From Yuukianura sp. NJ FZ-2021 (taxonomy: Eukaryota), in the NCBI GenBank assembly GCA_046563655.1, contig JAJCTO010000010.1, positions 744,001 to 808,000 of the forward strand: a stretch of 64,000 nucleotides of DNA, in the 5' to 3' direction. Below the pieces are notes generated by a model. The model had not been told where the DNA came from and ran no database searches. It saw only the letters and a list, made by a program, of their open reading frames with translations. Shown in pieces: positions 22,897 to 34,400 of the stretch (the first letter of the stretch is position 1; each line of letters opens with the position of its first letter). The position numbers and the translations under genes were made by a program.

Positions 22897-25800
22897 CTAT
22901 TGTATAATAATGCAGTGGTGAGTTCCACTGTGATCCTCTTCTTCTCTGGCTGGTTCCTCCACTTTTTGAAGAGGGATCTCCTCCCGCTCTTTCTTGGAAT
23001 CAGCTTTTCCACGCTTCCCGCTCTTCTTCTTTGCGCAGCGCCTGCGCACAAGAATTGCTGTCAAAATTCCAAGCATAATTCCAGTGACTGTCCCCCCAAG
23101 TATCCAGGTCCAGTTAGCAGCAGCATGGCGATGGAATTCAAAAACTTTTACAGTTTTTGCTTCCTCCTCGATGTTCCGCTTGTTGTCATTCCAAAATGCG
23201 TCCAACTCCCCAGATATATTTTTCCAATTAATGTGAGGGTTGAGGTGCCAATTAATATGATCTTTTAGGAAAGGGTCTTCCCGCTCCCTAAAAATCATTT
23301 GAAGAACGTTTCCCTTGTATTCGACATCATTCAGGTGAAACGTCAGCGACAACGGCAGAGAGAATACGTTCGGAGGACACTCGATGTTCCGCTTCTTTAT
23401 GGAATACTGACTTCCGGAACAGTAAATGTAGTATTCGTTATCGTAAAACTTAACTTGAATGAATTCCTTCGTGTCACCGTCTACCGGTAAACGACATCCA
23501 TCCAGTTTAAAGTAATGGTCTACAGCTTTAAACGACGAACTGTTTTTGCAATTCGAAAGTGTAGCCAATTCCAGGTTGCTCCTTGGTCGCTCCTTGTGGG
23601 TTTCATACACACAGTCATCATCTACTGACACTGTGGCTAACGTTGGTCCAGCGTATTTCAACTCACAAGTATGAGTTTTGTTCTTGAGCATCAGAGTGAA
23701 ATGATCTGCTTCGACGCGTGTGAGACTTTTGTTGACAGACGGCAATGCGAATTCCATGACAATCTCGTCCCTGGCATGACTCATTTCACAGTGATGAAAA
23801 ATCCCGTACTCGATTGGGCACTCGTCACCACAGGGCAGGGTAAAGTTGAGATATTCGAAGAGGTCAGCGGTAAGCTTCCCTCTGTGCCAAGCCGAGCCAG
23901 TCTCCTTCAGGATCCGTTTCCCCTCCATAAATCTGTTGATGAGGTGAGAAATTATGTACTGTAATTCCACCACCTCCTCTCGGAACAGTGAAAAATCGTT
24001 TCCCAATTTGTCAACTTCTGAGGCCAGTTTTCGAATTTCCTTTTGCAGGATTTCGATCTCTTTTTTATTTACAAAGACTTTCCTTTCGAGCTCGTTGAGG
24101 GCTTCCTTTAATTCGTCGACCTTTGTTTCAATTTCATAAGTCATGGAAACAGCAAAGCCGCCCAGTCCAATGCCGACGCTTGCTAAAGCCACAATAAGGA
24201 CAAAGCCAATTGCTAAAAAAATTTCCCGTTTGTTTTTCTTGCCGACTTCTGCCTTTCTGGGACAGATCGTTTCAAGGTTGTTCAAAAAAATCTCTTCGTA
24301 ACTCTTTTCACAACGTTCTTTCATGAAATTGGCCAAGAGTGGATCAATGCCCGTTAAGGGCATTAGGTCACACGGAGAAATTAATTTAGTTTTCATTGTG
24401 ACCGCCTGGAAACCTGTGATCACTGGATCAAGGCTTTTTCTCCATAAAACCGGACTACCGGTTTTGTAGACGTCGGTGGCTCCACCTATCGTTAAGACAG
24501 TGAGCATGAGAGTCAAAATGCTAAGTGCCACATTTGGTCTTTTAGGAACTACTACTACACTCGACAGTGCTTTTCGCTTGGAACTTTCACACGGATTAGT
24601 CTCCATTCCCATCAGATACCTCTTTTTGACAAAAGTTGCTTTTGGAACTGATTTGGTTAAGATATCAGCGGGTTGTGCTTGATCTGGAAGATGTTCAAGA
24701 CTGACGAGTCTCCGTTCCACCAGCCATCTTATGTAGTGGTGCCTTATGTCGATGTGTTTAGTTTTATCGTGGTATTCTGGATTACGCGCGAGTTTAATCG
24801 CGCTCTGAGAATCTGTCTTAAGGCAAATTCCATCTTCAATTGCTCCTGTAATTCCACATTCTCTAAACATCCGCGTGACCCAAATAGCTTCTTTTCCCGC
24901 GTGGGCCAAGGCTATGTATTCACTTTCAGTACTTGAAAGTGCAATACAGGTTTGACGCTTGCTAATCCAAACGATTGGCGAACCATTGGCAGTGAACAAG
25001 CATCCTGTCGTCGATTTTCGCGAATTTTTGTCGGACCCATAATCCGCGTCAACAAAGCCAAAAATGATTTGACCTTCTTTTGACCTTTCGTAATGAATTC
25101 CAAGGTCCATGGTTCCTTTTAGGTACTGCAGAATTTTCTTGGCTGCATCAAAATGTGACTTTTCAAAATTTGAAAAAAATCTTGCCAAATAGTGCACTGG
25201 ATACGCGATGTCAGGCCAAGTACATCGGGCCAAAAATAGAAGCGACCCAATTAGCTCTCGAAATTCATAATTGGTGTCAGCGGATCGACTGGCTTCCAAT
25301 TGTAGTCCTGGGTTCATTGGAATGTCAGCAGTTTTGCACTCTGACATTTTAAATCGCAGAAGAGTATCTTTGATGTATTTTTGCTGGTGTATGAAAATTC
25401 CTTTTTCATTCTTTTTGATTTCTATTCCAAGAAATCTATCGAGTGGCTGCATGGAGACTTTGAATGTTTTGCTAAGCTCCTTCACTTCTTCTTCATTTTC
25501 CTCTGATGAATCACCAAGAACTAGGCCATCATCAACGAACAGTACAATAAAGGTCACTGACTTTTTCTTTTCCTTTTTGTACACACACGGGTCACTTTCC
25601 AGTGCTTGAAATCCCATTTCCACCAATTTTGCATTGATGGTCACATTCCATGCACGCGGGCCTTGCTTCAACCCATAAAGTCCGCGTTGTAATTTGCAAA
25701 CAAGTCCGTCACCAATTTCAAACCCCTGAGGTTGTTCCATGAATAACTCTTCATTTAACGGGCTGTTGAGGGAAGCAGTGGCGATGTCAAATTGCTTAAC

Positions 25801-26290
25801 ATCCCACGCTTCCGCCGCTGCGAGACTCAACATGATTCTCACGGTCTCGTACCTGCATACTGGCGCAAATGTCTCCTCATAGTCCACTCCTTGAATCTGG
25901 TGAAAACCTTTCACCACAAGCCGGGCTTTGAATTTATTCAAGGATCCGTCCGGATTATTCTTTACTTTAAAAACCCATCGGTTTTTAAGTATTCTTGTCT
26001 TGTTGGGCCTTTTTACAAGAACCCAAGTCTCACTTTCCTGTTGACTGCGCAACTCCGCCTCCATAGCGTCTGTCCATTCGGCAGAATTGTCAGAATTCAT
26101 CGCTTCTTGAAAATTCGAAGGCTCCGAAATTTGATTTCCATGAAGGGCGGAGAATCCAGCTTGAAATCTCTCCACAGGCTTTTTAATTCTTGTGGATCTC
26201 CGCTGTTCCACTGGACCTTCGTCATCCTCATCCTCAATTTCTTCTGCCCAACTCCTCTGGGATGACTCATGACCGCTCTGGTTTCCACTT
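22897..26290 (-). CDS. Copia Pol C-terminal part (RT, RNase H) fused in frame to an envelope/fusion glycoprotein-like domain (~22897-24540)
   Basis: EPSNFQEAM, KARLVVKG, LYGLKQ, FVDD, DADY, SSTESEY, KHIDIR, ADILTK, then hydrophobic signal-like segment, KKNKR plus hydrophobic peptide, heptad repeat, Cys-rich ectodomain, TM helix and basic tail. Confidence 0.92.
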
Positions 26291-26937
26291 TTAGTCTTCT
26301 GGAGACGCATGTCTACGACATGCTGAAGAAGACTATTGATACGACTTTGTCTGTCCGTCCGTAACGTTTTTTAGTACCCTTTGCACTGAAACATTACCTC
26401 CATTATTGACGGGGTGTCCTGTATCGCTCAAGTGTTTTCATTATGTCTACATTCCACTCAAACTGCTATATTAACAATGCAGAATTGTGCGGCTACTTTA
26501 CGTACCCGCAGTATCGTGCCTCCGCAAAACTGTTTTGGTTTCGATTGCACTTAAAGTATTTATAAACAACGGTGTTTTGATCTGGTCATTTTCTGGCAAG
26601 ATGTTTAGTTACGTTGTTAAATTAAGCCTTTTTAGCGGGTTGAAATTCCGGCTTAAATTCATAATATGTAAACAGTGCTTGGTGTGATTCAAATTTGCCT
26701 TTGCATGAAATTTTTATAATTTTGATTTAACACAAGTGATATTCGACTCTATTACTTATGCACTTGATTTAACACATGGTGCACGTATTTTGATTTTAAA
26801 GAAGCAGTATGCTACCCCTGACCCTCAGCGTTCAAATTTTGTGCATGATGCACACCTACATGTAATTATTTTAACGCGTTCACGTATAACACGTTCTGTC
26901 AAAATTTGTGCATATTTGGGCTATTGTGCATTAAAAT

Positions 26938-27070
26938 AATTTTAAAGAGAGCAACAACTGTTCACAGCTCAGGTTGTACAACATTTTGATGCAAACGGTT
27001 TTTCTAAACATTATTTTGATGCAGCTATATTAACGATGTTTGCTAATATTATATTGTCATGGCAACATGA
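26938..27070 (+). repeat. 133-bp direct repeat, copy 1 (copies 2 and 3 at 31290-31422 and 35644-35776), flanking the tandem non-LTR elements
   Basis: AATTTTAAAGAGAGCAAC...TTGTCATGGCAACATGA is the same in three positions. Confidence 0.92.
27053..27066. promoter_or_regulatory. RFX X-box-like motif ATTGTCATGGCAAC (also at ~31405 and ~35759)
   Basis: 12/14 match to the palindromic X-box GTTGCCATGGCAAC, with an intact GGCAAC half-site. Confidence 0.6.
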
Positions 27071-27328
27071 CAAACAACAAACAACAACCACGAAAATTTG
27101 CTCCTCATTTTTCAAGTTTTTTAAGACATTCATTCATCATCTACCAAACTTTTGCTCATATCCTCCGAAGACACTTCGTCTAGTGATCAACTAGTGACAG
27201 GTTTCAAGAAAATACGTTACCACTTCAGCCTGTCCGGACCTGTTTTGTCACTTGGACGTCCAGTCACCGTCAACTATCAAAGTTTTCAACAACAGCGGAT
27301 CCTTCAACTCATTCCCATAGCAACTAAT

Positions 27329-28585
27329 ATGGCTCAACGAAAATTAAAAAATCGAAGCAAAATGAAATCAACATCTATTTCCATGACTCCAGCTCCTGAT
27401 TCTTCATCTGTGCAAACAATGTACAACAGTTTTTCAACAGCCGTTTCGTCTAACGAAAACACGTACAAAACCTCATCAACTCAAGCAGCCGTAGAATTCG
27501 TATCTAAAGTGTCACCAGCTCCAGTTCAGTATGAAGTTTCTTCACCAGTTACTGCATCAAATGGCTTCGGTTCCGACATCGTATCAGTTCCAGCTTCAAG
27601 TTCCTCCGGGTCCCATATTACATCAGTTCCAGCATCAAGTGATTCCGTTCCAGCTTCAAATGACTATGGTTCCTGTATTGAATCAGTTCCAGCTTCAAAT
27701 GACTATGGTTCCTTTCCAGCTTCAAGTTCCTCCGGGTCCCAAATTACATCAGTTCCAGCATCAAGTGATTTCGTTCCAGCTTCAAATGACTATGGTTCCT
27801 GTATTGAATCATTTCCAGCTTCAAATGACTATGGTTCCTGTATTGAATCAGCTCCAGCTTCAAATGGCTTTAGTTCCTGTTTTGAATTAGTTCCAGCTTC
27901 AAGTTCCTCCGGGTCCTTTATTACATCAGTTCCAGCTTCAAATGACCCCAGTTCCTGTATTGAATCAGCTCCAACTTCAAAGGAGTCAGTTCCAGCTTCA
28001 AGTTCCTCCGGGTCCTTTATTACATCAGTTCCAGCTTCAAATGACCCCAGTTCCTGTATTGAATCAGCTCCAACTTCAAAGGAGTCAGTTCCAGTTTCAA
28101 ATGATTCCGGTTCCTGTATTGTACCAGCCCCAGCATCAAATGACTTCGGTTGCCGTACCGCATCAGCTCCAATCACTGTTATTGCTTCAAGTTCATCCTC
28201 AGTCCCAACTACCAATCAACACGTTTCCAGTCCTCCTTGTCTCACTAGAACACTCCAGAATCGCAAAATAACAGATGAATGGATTGCTAATAACATCATT
28301 TCGTCCGCCAGTGGCTCAATTCGAAAATTAGACGTCAAATCCAAATACCATCAGTTTTGCAACTCTCTCAACATTCGTCCAGTCGTTGACACCACCTTCG
28401 GTACCAAACTACGAAAGTTATTCCCTTCGATGTCCACAGTTCGTGCCGGAGGTCGCCGTCATTCCGAACAGTCCTACTCCGGCATTGCTTGGAAGGATGT
28501 TTGCTCGCAATTCCACAGAAGAAGACCTAGGAAGCATTCTCGCAAAACTCAAACCATCGACACACACGATGAAGCACGTTCCTAA
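27329..28585 (+). CDS. N-terminal region of non-LTR protein: Ser-rich repeats plus RFX-type winged-helix DNA-binding domain (~28270-28495)
   Basis: WIANNI...Y..FC....IRPV....FGTKLRKLFP......RAGGRRHSEQSYSGI matches the recalled RFX DBD pattern WL..NY...Y..C....P....FGK..R..F....RRLG.RG.SKY.Y.GI. Confidence 0.75.
   Translation: MAQRKLKNRSKMKSTSISMTPAPDSSSVQTMYNSFSTAVSSNENTYKTSSTQAAVEFVSKVSPAPVQYEVSSPVTASNGFGSDIVSVPASSSSGSHITSVPASSDSVPASNDYGSCIESVPASNDYGSFPASSSSGSQITSVPASSDFVPASNDYGSCIESFPASNDYGSCIESAPASNGFSSCFELVPASSSSGSFITSVPASNDPSSCIESAPTSKESVPASSSSGSFITSVPASNDPSSCIESAPTSKESVPVSNDSGSCIVPAPASNDFGCRTASAPITVIASSSSSVPTTNQHVSSPPCLTRTLQNRKITDEWIANNIISSASGSIRKLDVKSKYHQFCNSLNIRPVVDTTFGTKLRKLFPSMSTVRAGGRRHSEQSYSGIAWKDVCSQFHRRRPRKHSRKTQTIDTHDEARS
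27575..28200 (+). repeat. Coding minisatellite (CAGTTCCAGCTTCAAATGAC.../VPASNDYGSCIES-type units); copy at ~31927-32552
   Basis: Many degenerate in-frame repeats of TCCAGCTTCAA spaced mostly 21-39 bp apart. Confidence 0.85.
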
Positions 28586-31422
28586 AGGTGCAAGGGTCAC
28601 TGCCGCGTCCAGGCTTTCAGACTTCATTGATGAAGTGACTTCAACTAATTCCGCCGAGTCATGGTCAAACCTTTTGCTTTTCCCATTCTTCGCGTTTCGT
28701 CTTCCTAGGCCGACCGTGTCACCAAGCTCACCTCCTGGGTAAAATCCAATATCTGCACCTTGTCACCTTCTTCGGCTCTCAACGTTTCAACATTAATCTT
28801 GGAAACTTCAAGCACTCCACAATCAAATTCAGCCATTCAGTCCCACATTATTCAATCTAAACTTGCTGATGGAGACATTCACGGTGCAGTTCGTATTTTA
28901 TGTTCCGATGACTCAATGGCCAATGAAGATTCTTCTACATTAGACGCTCTTGAACGATTACATCCTCCTCATCCAGTAGCACTCCAGTTTCCAGATCGTC
29001 AACAATCATCTGAAGTTGTCTTCGACGAACTCGAACTGCTAAAATCAATCTCTTCTTTTCCGAATGGTTCGGCCGGAGGTCTCGACTCTCTGCGACCTCA
29101 AGTACTGAAAGAGCTAACTTCAAAAATTACTGGCGATTCCGGTCAAAAACTTCTGTCTTCCATAACGAAGCTTGCAAACCTCATCATTAACAACACCATC
29201 CCTGAAGTAATACGTCCGATCTTCTACGGTGCCTCTTTAATTGCACTCCAGAAAAAAAAAGGTGGGATCCGCCCTATCGCGATTGGATTGACCTGGCGCC
29301 GGATAGCATCAAAGCTTGTCTTATCGAGATCAATGAAAGACATCGTCTCATACCTGAGCCCGGTACAAATTGGGGTAGGAGTCAACAACGGTTCTGAAGC
29401 TGCAGGCCACGCCGCTAGGATCTACGTCAATTCTCCACATTCTTCCAGTAAAGTCATGCTCAAGATTGATTTCAAGAACGCCTTTAACCTCATCAGAAGA
29501 GATAAAATGCTAGATTCTGTTAAATCTCTCATTCCCGACTTCTATAACTTCATCCATCAAGCTTATTCATCAGACTCGAATTTATTTTACGGTTCTTCCA
29601 AAATCAAATCGAGCCTTGGAGTCCAACAAGGCGATCCGATCGGTCCCGCCCTCTTCGCCATCACCATCCAGCCACTGGCAACAGCAATCCAGTCAGAGTT
29701 TAACGTATGGTATCTCGACGACGCAACCATAGCCGACAAGCCGGAAACAGTCCTGAAGTATCTGCAGCATATCACCACCAACGCAGCATCTTTTGGCCTA
29801 CAACTAAACACACAGAAATGTGAGATTATCGTCATCGGTGGCGATGAAATGGAGTCCAGAGCCATCACTAGTTCATTTCTTTCGTTCGCACCTGATATAC
29901 GAGTCTGCAATGAAGAAGACGCCGAACTACTCGGAGCCCCATTATCCAAAGCTTCTGGACGACGGATCTTGAAGATTAAGACCGACGATTTCGACAGACT
30001 TTCGTCTAAGCTGCTAGCTCTTCCGGCTCACGTGGCTTTTTTCTTACTAAGAGCTTCAATTTCGTTTCCAAGACTGACATACTTCCTTCGCTGCGCACCA
30101 TCATTTCTTGAAGAAGACCTACTGAAGGACTACGATGATTCTCTTCGTAAAGTTTTGGAAAAAATTCTCAACATAAGCCTTTCTGAAAATGCCTGGATTC
30201 AAACATCTCTGCCGGTGGCACAAGGAGGTTTGGGAATCCGCCAAGCTAACGATTGCGCTACGCTCTGTTTTTTGGCTTCAATCTTTAGCTGCGCAGACCT
30301 AATCACCTCCTTCCTACCTGGTAACCTATCACCTTTCGATGCATCGTACGACTTGGCAACTTTCAAATGGTCCAACGACGATTTTGATTTTCCATCTAAT
30401 CACAAAGTTCAGAAGGAATGGGAGATATTAAAGTCATCGAAAATTTACACCAGTCTGCTGAACAACTCCACCACTTTGACTGACAAAGCAAGACTAATTG
30501 CTGCCGCTTCTGCTCATTCCGGTGATTGGCTGAAGGCCTTACCCTCTTCACAACTGGGGACTCTTCTATCCAACGAATGCTTCAGAATTTCGTGCTCCTT
30601 GCGTCTTGGCACCAACTTATGTCTACCCCACAAATGTCGCTGTGGTGCAACTGTTAACGAAGACGGTCTTCACGGGCTGAGTTGTCCGAAAAGTGCAGGA
30701 AGACACTCAAGACATGGTTCAATCAACGATATTATTGCTCGAGCCTTTCAAACAGCCGGAGTCCCTAGCCTGAAAGAACCTCCAGGTTGTTCTCGTTCGG
30801 ATGGAAAACGCTCCGACGGCATCACTTTGATACCTTGGAATACTGGACGTTGTTTGGTGTGGGACGTCACTTGCCGAGACACTTATGCCAACTCGTACCT
30901 CTCCATTTCCTCTTCTTCAAGTGGCTATCCTGCCGCTTTGGCTGAAATCCAGAAACACAAAGTGTATCAAGACCTAAATCATCAATTCATCGTCTCCATC
31001 ATTGCTGTTGAAACTTCGGGGTCTTCGGAGCCGAAGGACTAATTCTCATCAAGTCAATTGGTCAACGTCTTGCCGAGGTCACCGGTGAACTCCGATCCAC
31101 CAACTTTTTGCTTCAACGGATTAGCATCGCCATTCAACGTGGCAACTCCGCATCAATTCTTGGCACTCTTCCCCCGGGGAAAGGATTGGACGAAATTTTT
31201 ACCTCTAACTTTTCTCAATATATACTCTAAACCTTTTCAACCTGCCCTAGGCAGGTGTTTGTGAATTTTATAATAAAATATAAAATAAGAATTTTAAAGA
31301 GAGCAACAACTGTTCACAGCTCAGGTTGTACAACATTTTGATGCAAACGGTTTTTCTAAACATTATTTTGATGCAGCTATATTAACGATGTTTGCTAATA
31401 TTATATTGTCATGGCAACATGA

Positions 31423-34400
31423 CAAACAACAAACAACAACCACGAAAATTTGCTCCTCATTTTTCAAGTTTTTTAAGACATTCATTCATCATCTACCAAA
31501 CTTTTGCTCATATCCTCCGAAGACACTTCGTCTAGTGATCAACTAGTGACAGGTTTCAAGAAAATACGTTACCACTTCAGCCTGTCCGGACCTGTTTTGT
31601 CACTTGGACGTCCAGTCACCGTCAACTATCAAAGTTTTCAACAACAGCGGATCCTTCAACTCATTCCCATAGCAACTAATATGGCTCAACGAAAATTAAA
31701 AAATCGAAGCAAAATGAAATCAACATCTATTTCCATGACTCCAGCTCCTGATTCTTCATCTGTGCAAACAATGTACAACAGTTTTTCAACAGCCGTTTCG
31801 TCTAACGAAAACACGTACAAAACCTCATCAACTCAAGCAGCCGTAGAATTCGTATCTAAAGTGTCACCAGCTCCAGTTCAGTATGAAGTTTCTTCACCAG
31901 TTACTGCATCAAATGGCTTCGGTTCCGACATCGTATCAGTTCCAGCTTCAAGTTCCTCCGGGTCCCATATTACATCAGTTCCAGCATCAAGTGATTCCGT
32001 TCCAGCTTCAAATGACTATGGTTCCTGTATTGAATCAGTTCCAGCTTCAAATGACTATGGTTCCTTTCCAGCTTCAAGTTCCTCCGGGTCCCAAATTACA
32101 TCAGTTCCAGCATCAAGTGATTTCGTTCCAGCTTCAAATGACTATGGTTCCTGTATTGAATCATTTCCAGCTTCAAATGACTATGGTTCCTGTATTGAAT
32201 CAGCTCCAGCTTCAAATGGCTTTAGTTCCTGTTTTGAATTAGTTCCAGCTTCAAGTTCCTCCGGGTCCTTTATTACATCAGTTCCAGCTTCAAATGACCC
32301 CAGTTCCTGTATTGAATCAGCTCCAACTTCAAAGGAGTCAGTTCCAGCTTCAAGTTCCTCCGGGTCCTTTATTACATCAGTTCCAGCTTCAAATGACCCC
32401 AGTTCCTGTATTGAATCAGCTCCAACTTCAAAGGAGTCAGTTCCAGTTTCAAATGACTCCGGTTCCTGTATTGTACCAGCCCCAGCATCAAATGACTTCG
32501 GTTGCCGTACCGCATCAGCTCCAATCACTGTTATTGCTTCAAGTTCATCCTCAGTCCCAACTACCAATCAACACGTTTCCAGTCCTCCTTGTCTCACTAG
32601 AACACTCCAGAATCGCAAAATAACAGATGAATGGATTGCTAATAACATCATTTCGTCCGCCAGTGGCTCAATTCGAAAATTAGACGTCAAATCCAAATAC
32701 CATCAGTTTTGCAACTCTCTCAACATTCGTCCAGTCGTTGACACCACCTTCGGTACCAAACTACGAAAGTTATTCCCTTCGATGTCCACAGTTCGTGCCG
32801 GAGGTCGCCGTCATTCCGAACAGTCCTACTCCGGCATTGCTTGGAAGGATGTTTGCTCGCAATTCCACAGAAGAAGACCTAGGAAGCATTCTCGCAAAAC
32901 TCAAACCATCGACACACACGATGAAGCACGTTCCTAAAGGTGCAAGGGTCACTGCCGCGTCCAGGCTTTCAGACTTCATTGATGAAGTGACTTCAACTAA
33001 TTCCGCCGAGTCATGGTCAAACCTTTTGCTTTTCCCATTCTTCGCGTTTCGTCTTCCTAGGCCGACCGTGTCACCAAGCTCACCTCCTGGGTAAAATCCA
33101 ATATCTGCACCTTGTCACCTTCTTCGGCTCTCAACGTTTCAACATTAATCTTGGAAACTTCAAGCACTCCACAATCAAATTCAGCCATTCAGTCCCACAT
33201 TATTCAATCTAAACTTGCTGATGGAGACATTCACGGTGCAGTTCGTATTTTATGTTCCGATGACTCAATGGCCAATGAAGATTCTTCTACATTAGACGCT
33301 CTTGAACGATTACATCCTCCTCATCCAGTAGCACTCCAGTTTCCAGATCGTCAACAATCATCTGAAGTTGTCTTCGACGAACTCGAACTGCTAAAATCAA
33401 TCTCTTCTTTTCCGAATGGTTCGGCCGGAGGTCTCGACTCTCTGCGACCTCAAGTACTGAAAGAGCTAACTTCAAAAATTACTGGCGATTCCGGTCAAAA
33501 ACTTCTGTCTTCCATAACGAAGCTTGCAAACCTCATCATTAACAACACCATCCCCGAAGTAATACGTCCGATCTTCTACGGTGCCTCTTTAATTGCACTC
33601 CAGAAAAAAAAAGGTGGGATCCGCCCTATCGCGATTGGATTGACCTGGCGCCGGATAGCATCAAAGCTTGTCTTATCGAGATCAATGAAAGACATCGTCT
33701 CATACCTGAGCCCGGTACAAATTGGGGTAGGAGTCAACAACGGTTCTGAAGCTGCAGGCCACGCCGCTAGGATCTACGTCAATTCTCCACATTCTTCCAG
33801 TAAAGTCATGCTCAAGATTGATTTCAAGAACGCCTTTAACCTCATCAGAAGAGATAAAATGCTAGATTCTGTTAAATCTCTCATTCCCGACTTCTATAAC
33901 TTCATCCATCAAGCTTATTCATCAGACTCGAATTTATTTTACGGTTCTTCCAAAATCAAATCGAGCCTTGGAGTCCAACAAGGCGATCCGATCGGTCCCG
34001 CCCTCTTCGCCATCACCATCCAGCCACTGGCAACAGCAATCCAGTCAGAGTTTAACGTATGGTATCTCGACGACGCAACCATAGCCGACAAGCCGGAAAC
34101 AGTCCTGAAGTATCTGCAGCATATCACCACCAACGCATCATCTTTTGGCCTACAACTAAACACACAGAAATGTGAGATTATCGTCATCGGTGGCGATGAA
34201 ATGGAGTCCAGAGCCATCACTAGTTCATTTCTTTCGTTCGCACCTGATATACGAGTCTGCAATGAAGAAGACGCCGAACTACTCGGAGCCCCATTATCCA
34301 AAGCTTCTGGACGACGGATCTTGAAGATTAAGACCGACGATTTCGACAGACTTTCGTCTAAGCTGCTAGCTCTTCCGGCTCACGTGGCTTTTTTCTTACT

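Larger units (their letters stand above)
27071..31289 (+). mobile_element. CRE-clade-like non-LTR retrotransposon (RT plus restriction-like endonuclease), copy 1
   Basis: RPIAIG, IDFKNAFN, GVQQGDPIGP, YLDD, GGLG; CRC...HGLSC...RH...EP...RSDG...WDVT endonuclease region; A-rich 3' end. Homopolymer frameshift near 31020 truncates the C-terminus. Confidence 0.9.

Noticed and set aside
26293..26310. ATG start (MRLQKT) of the 1137-aa ORF
   Set aside because: These codons come from the Helentron terminus; true Copia Pol continues from 59155.
27575..28200. Regularly spaced repeats resembling a CRISPR array
   Set aside because: Units are degenerate, in-frame coding minisatellites with repeated rather than unique spacers; eukaryotic context and no cas genes.
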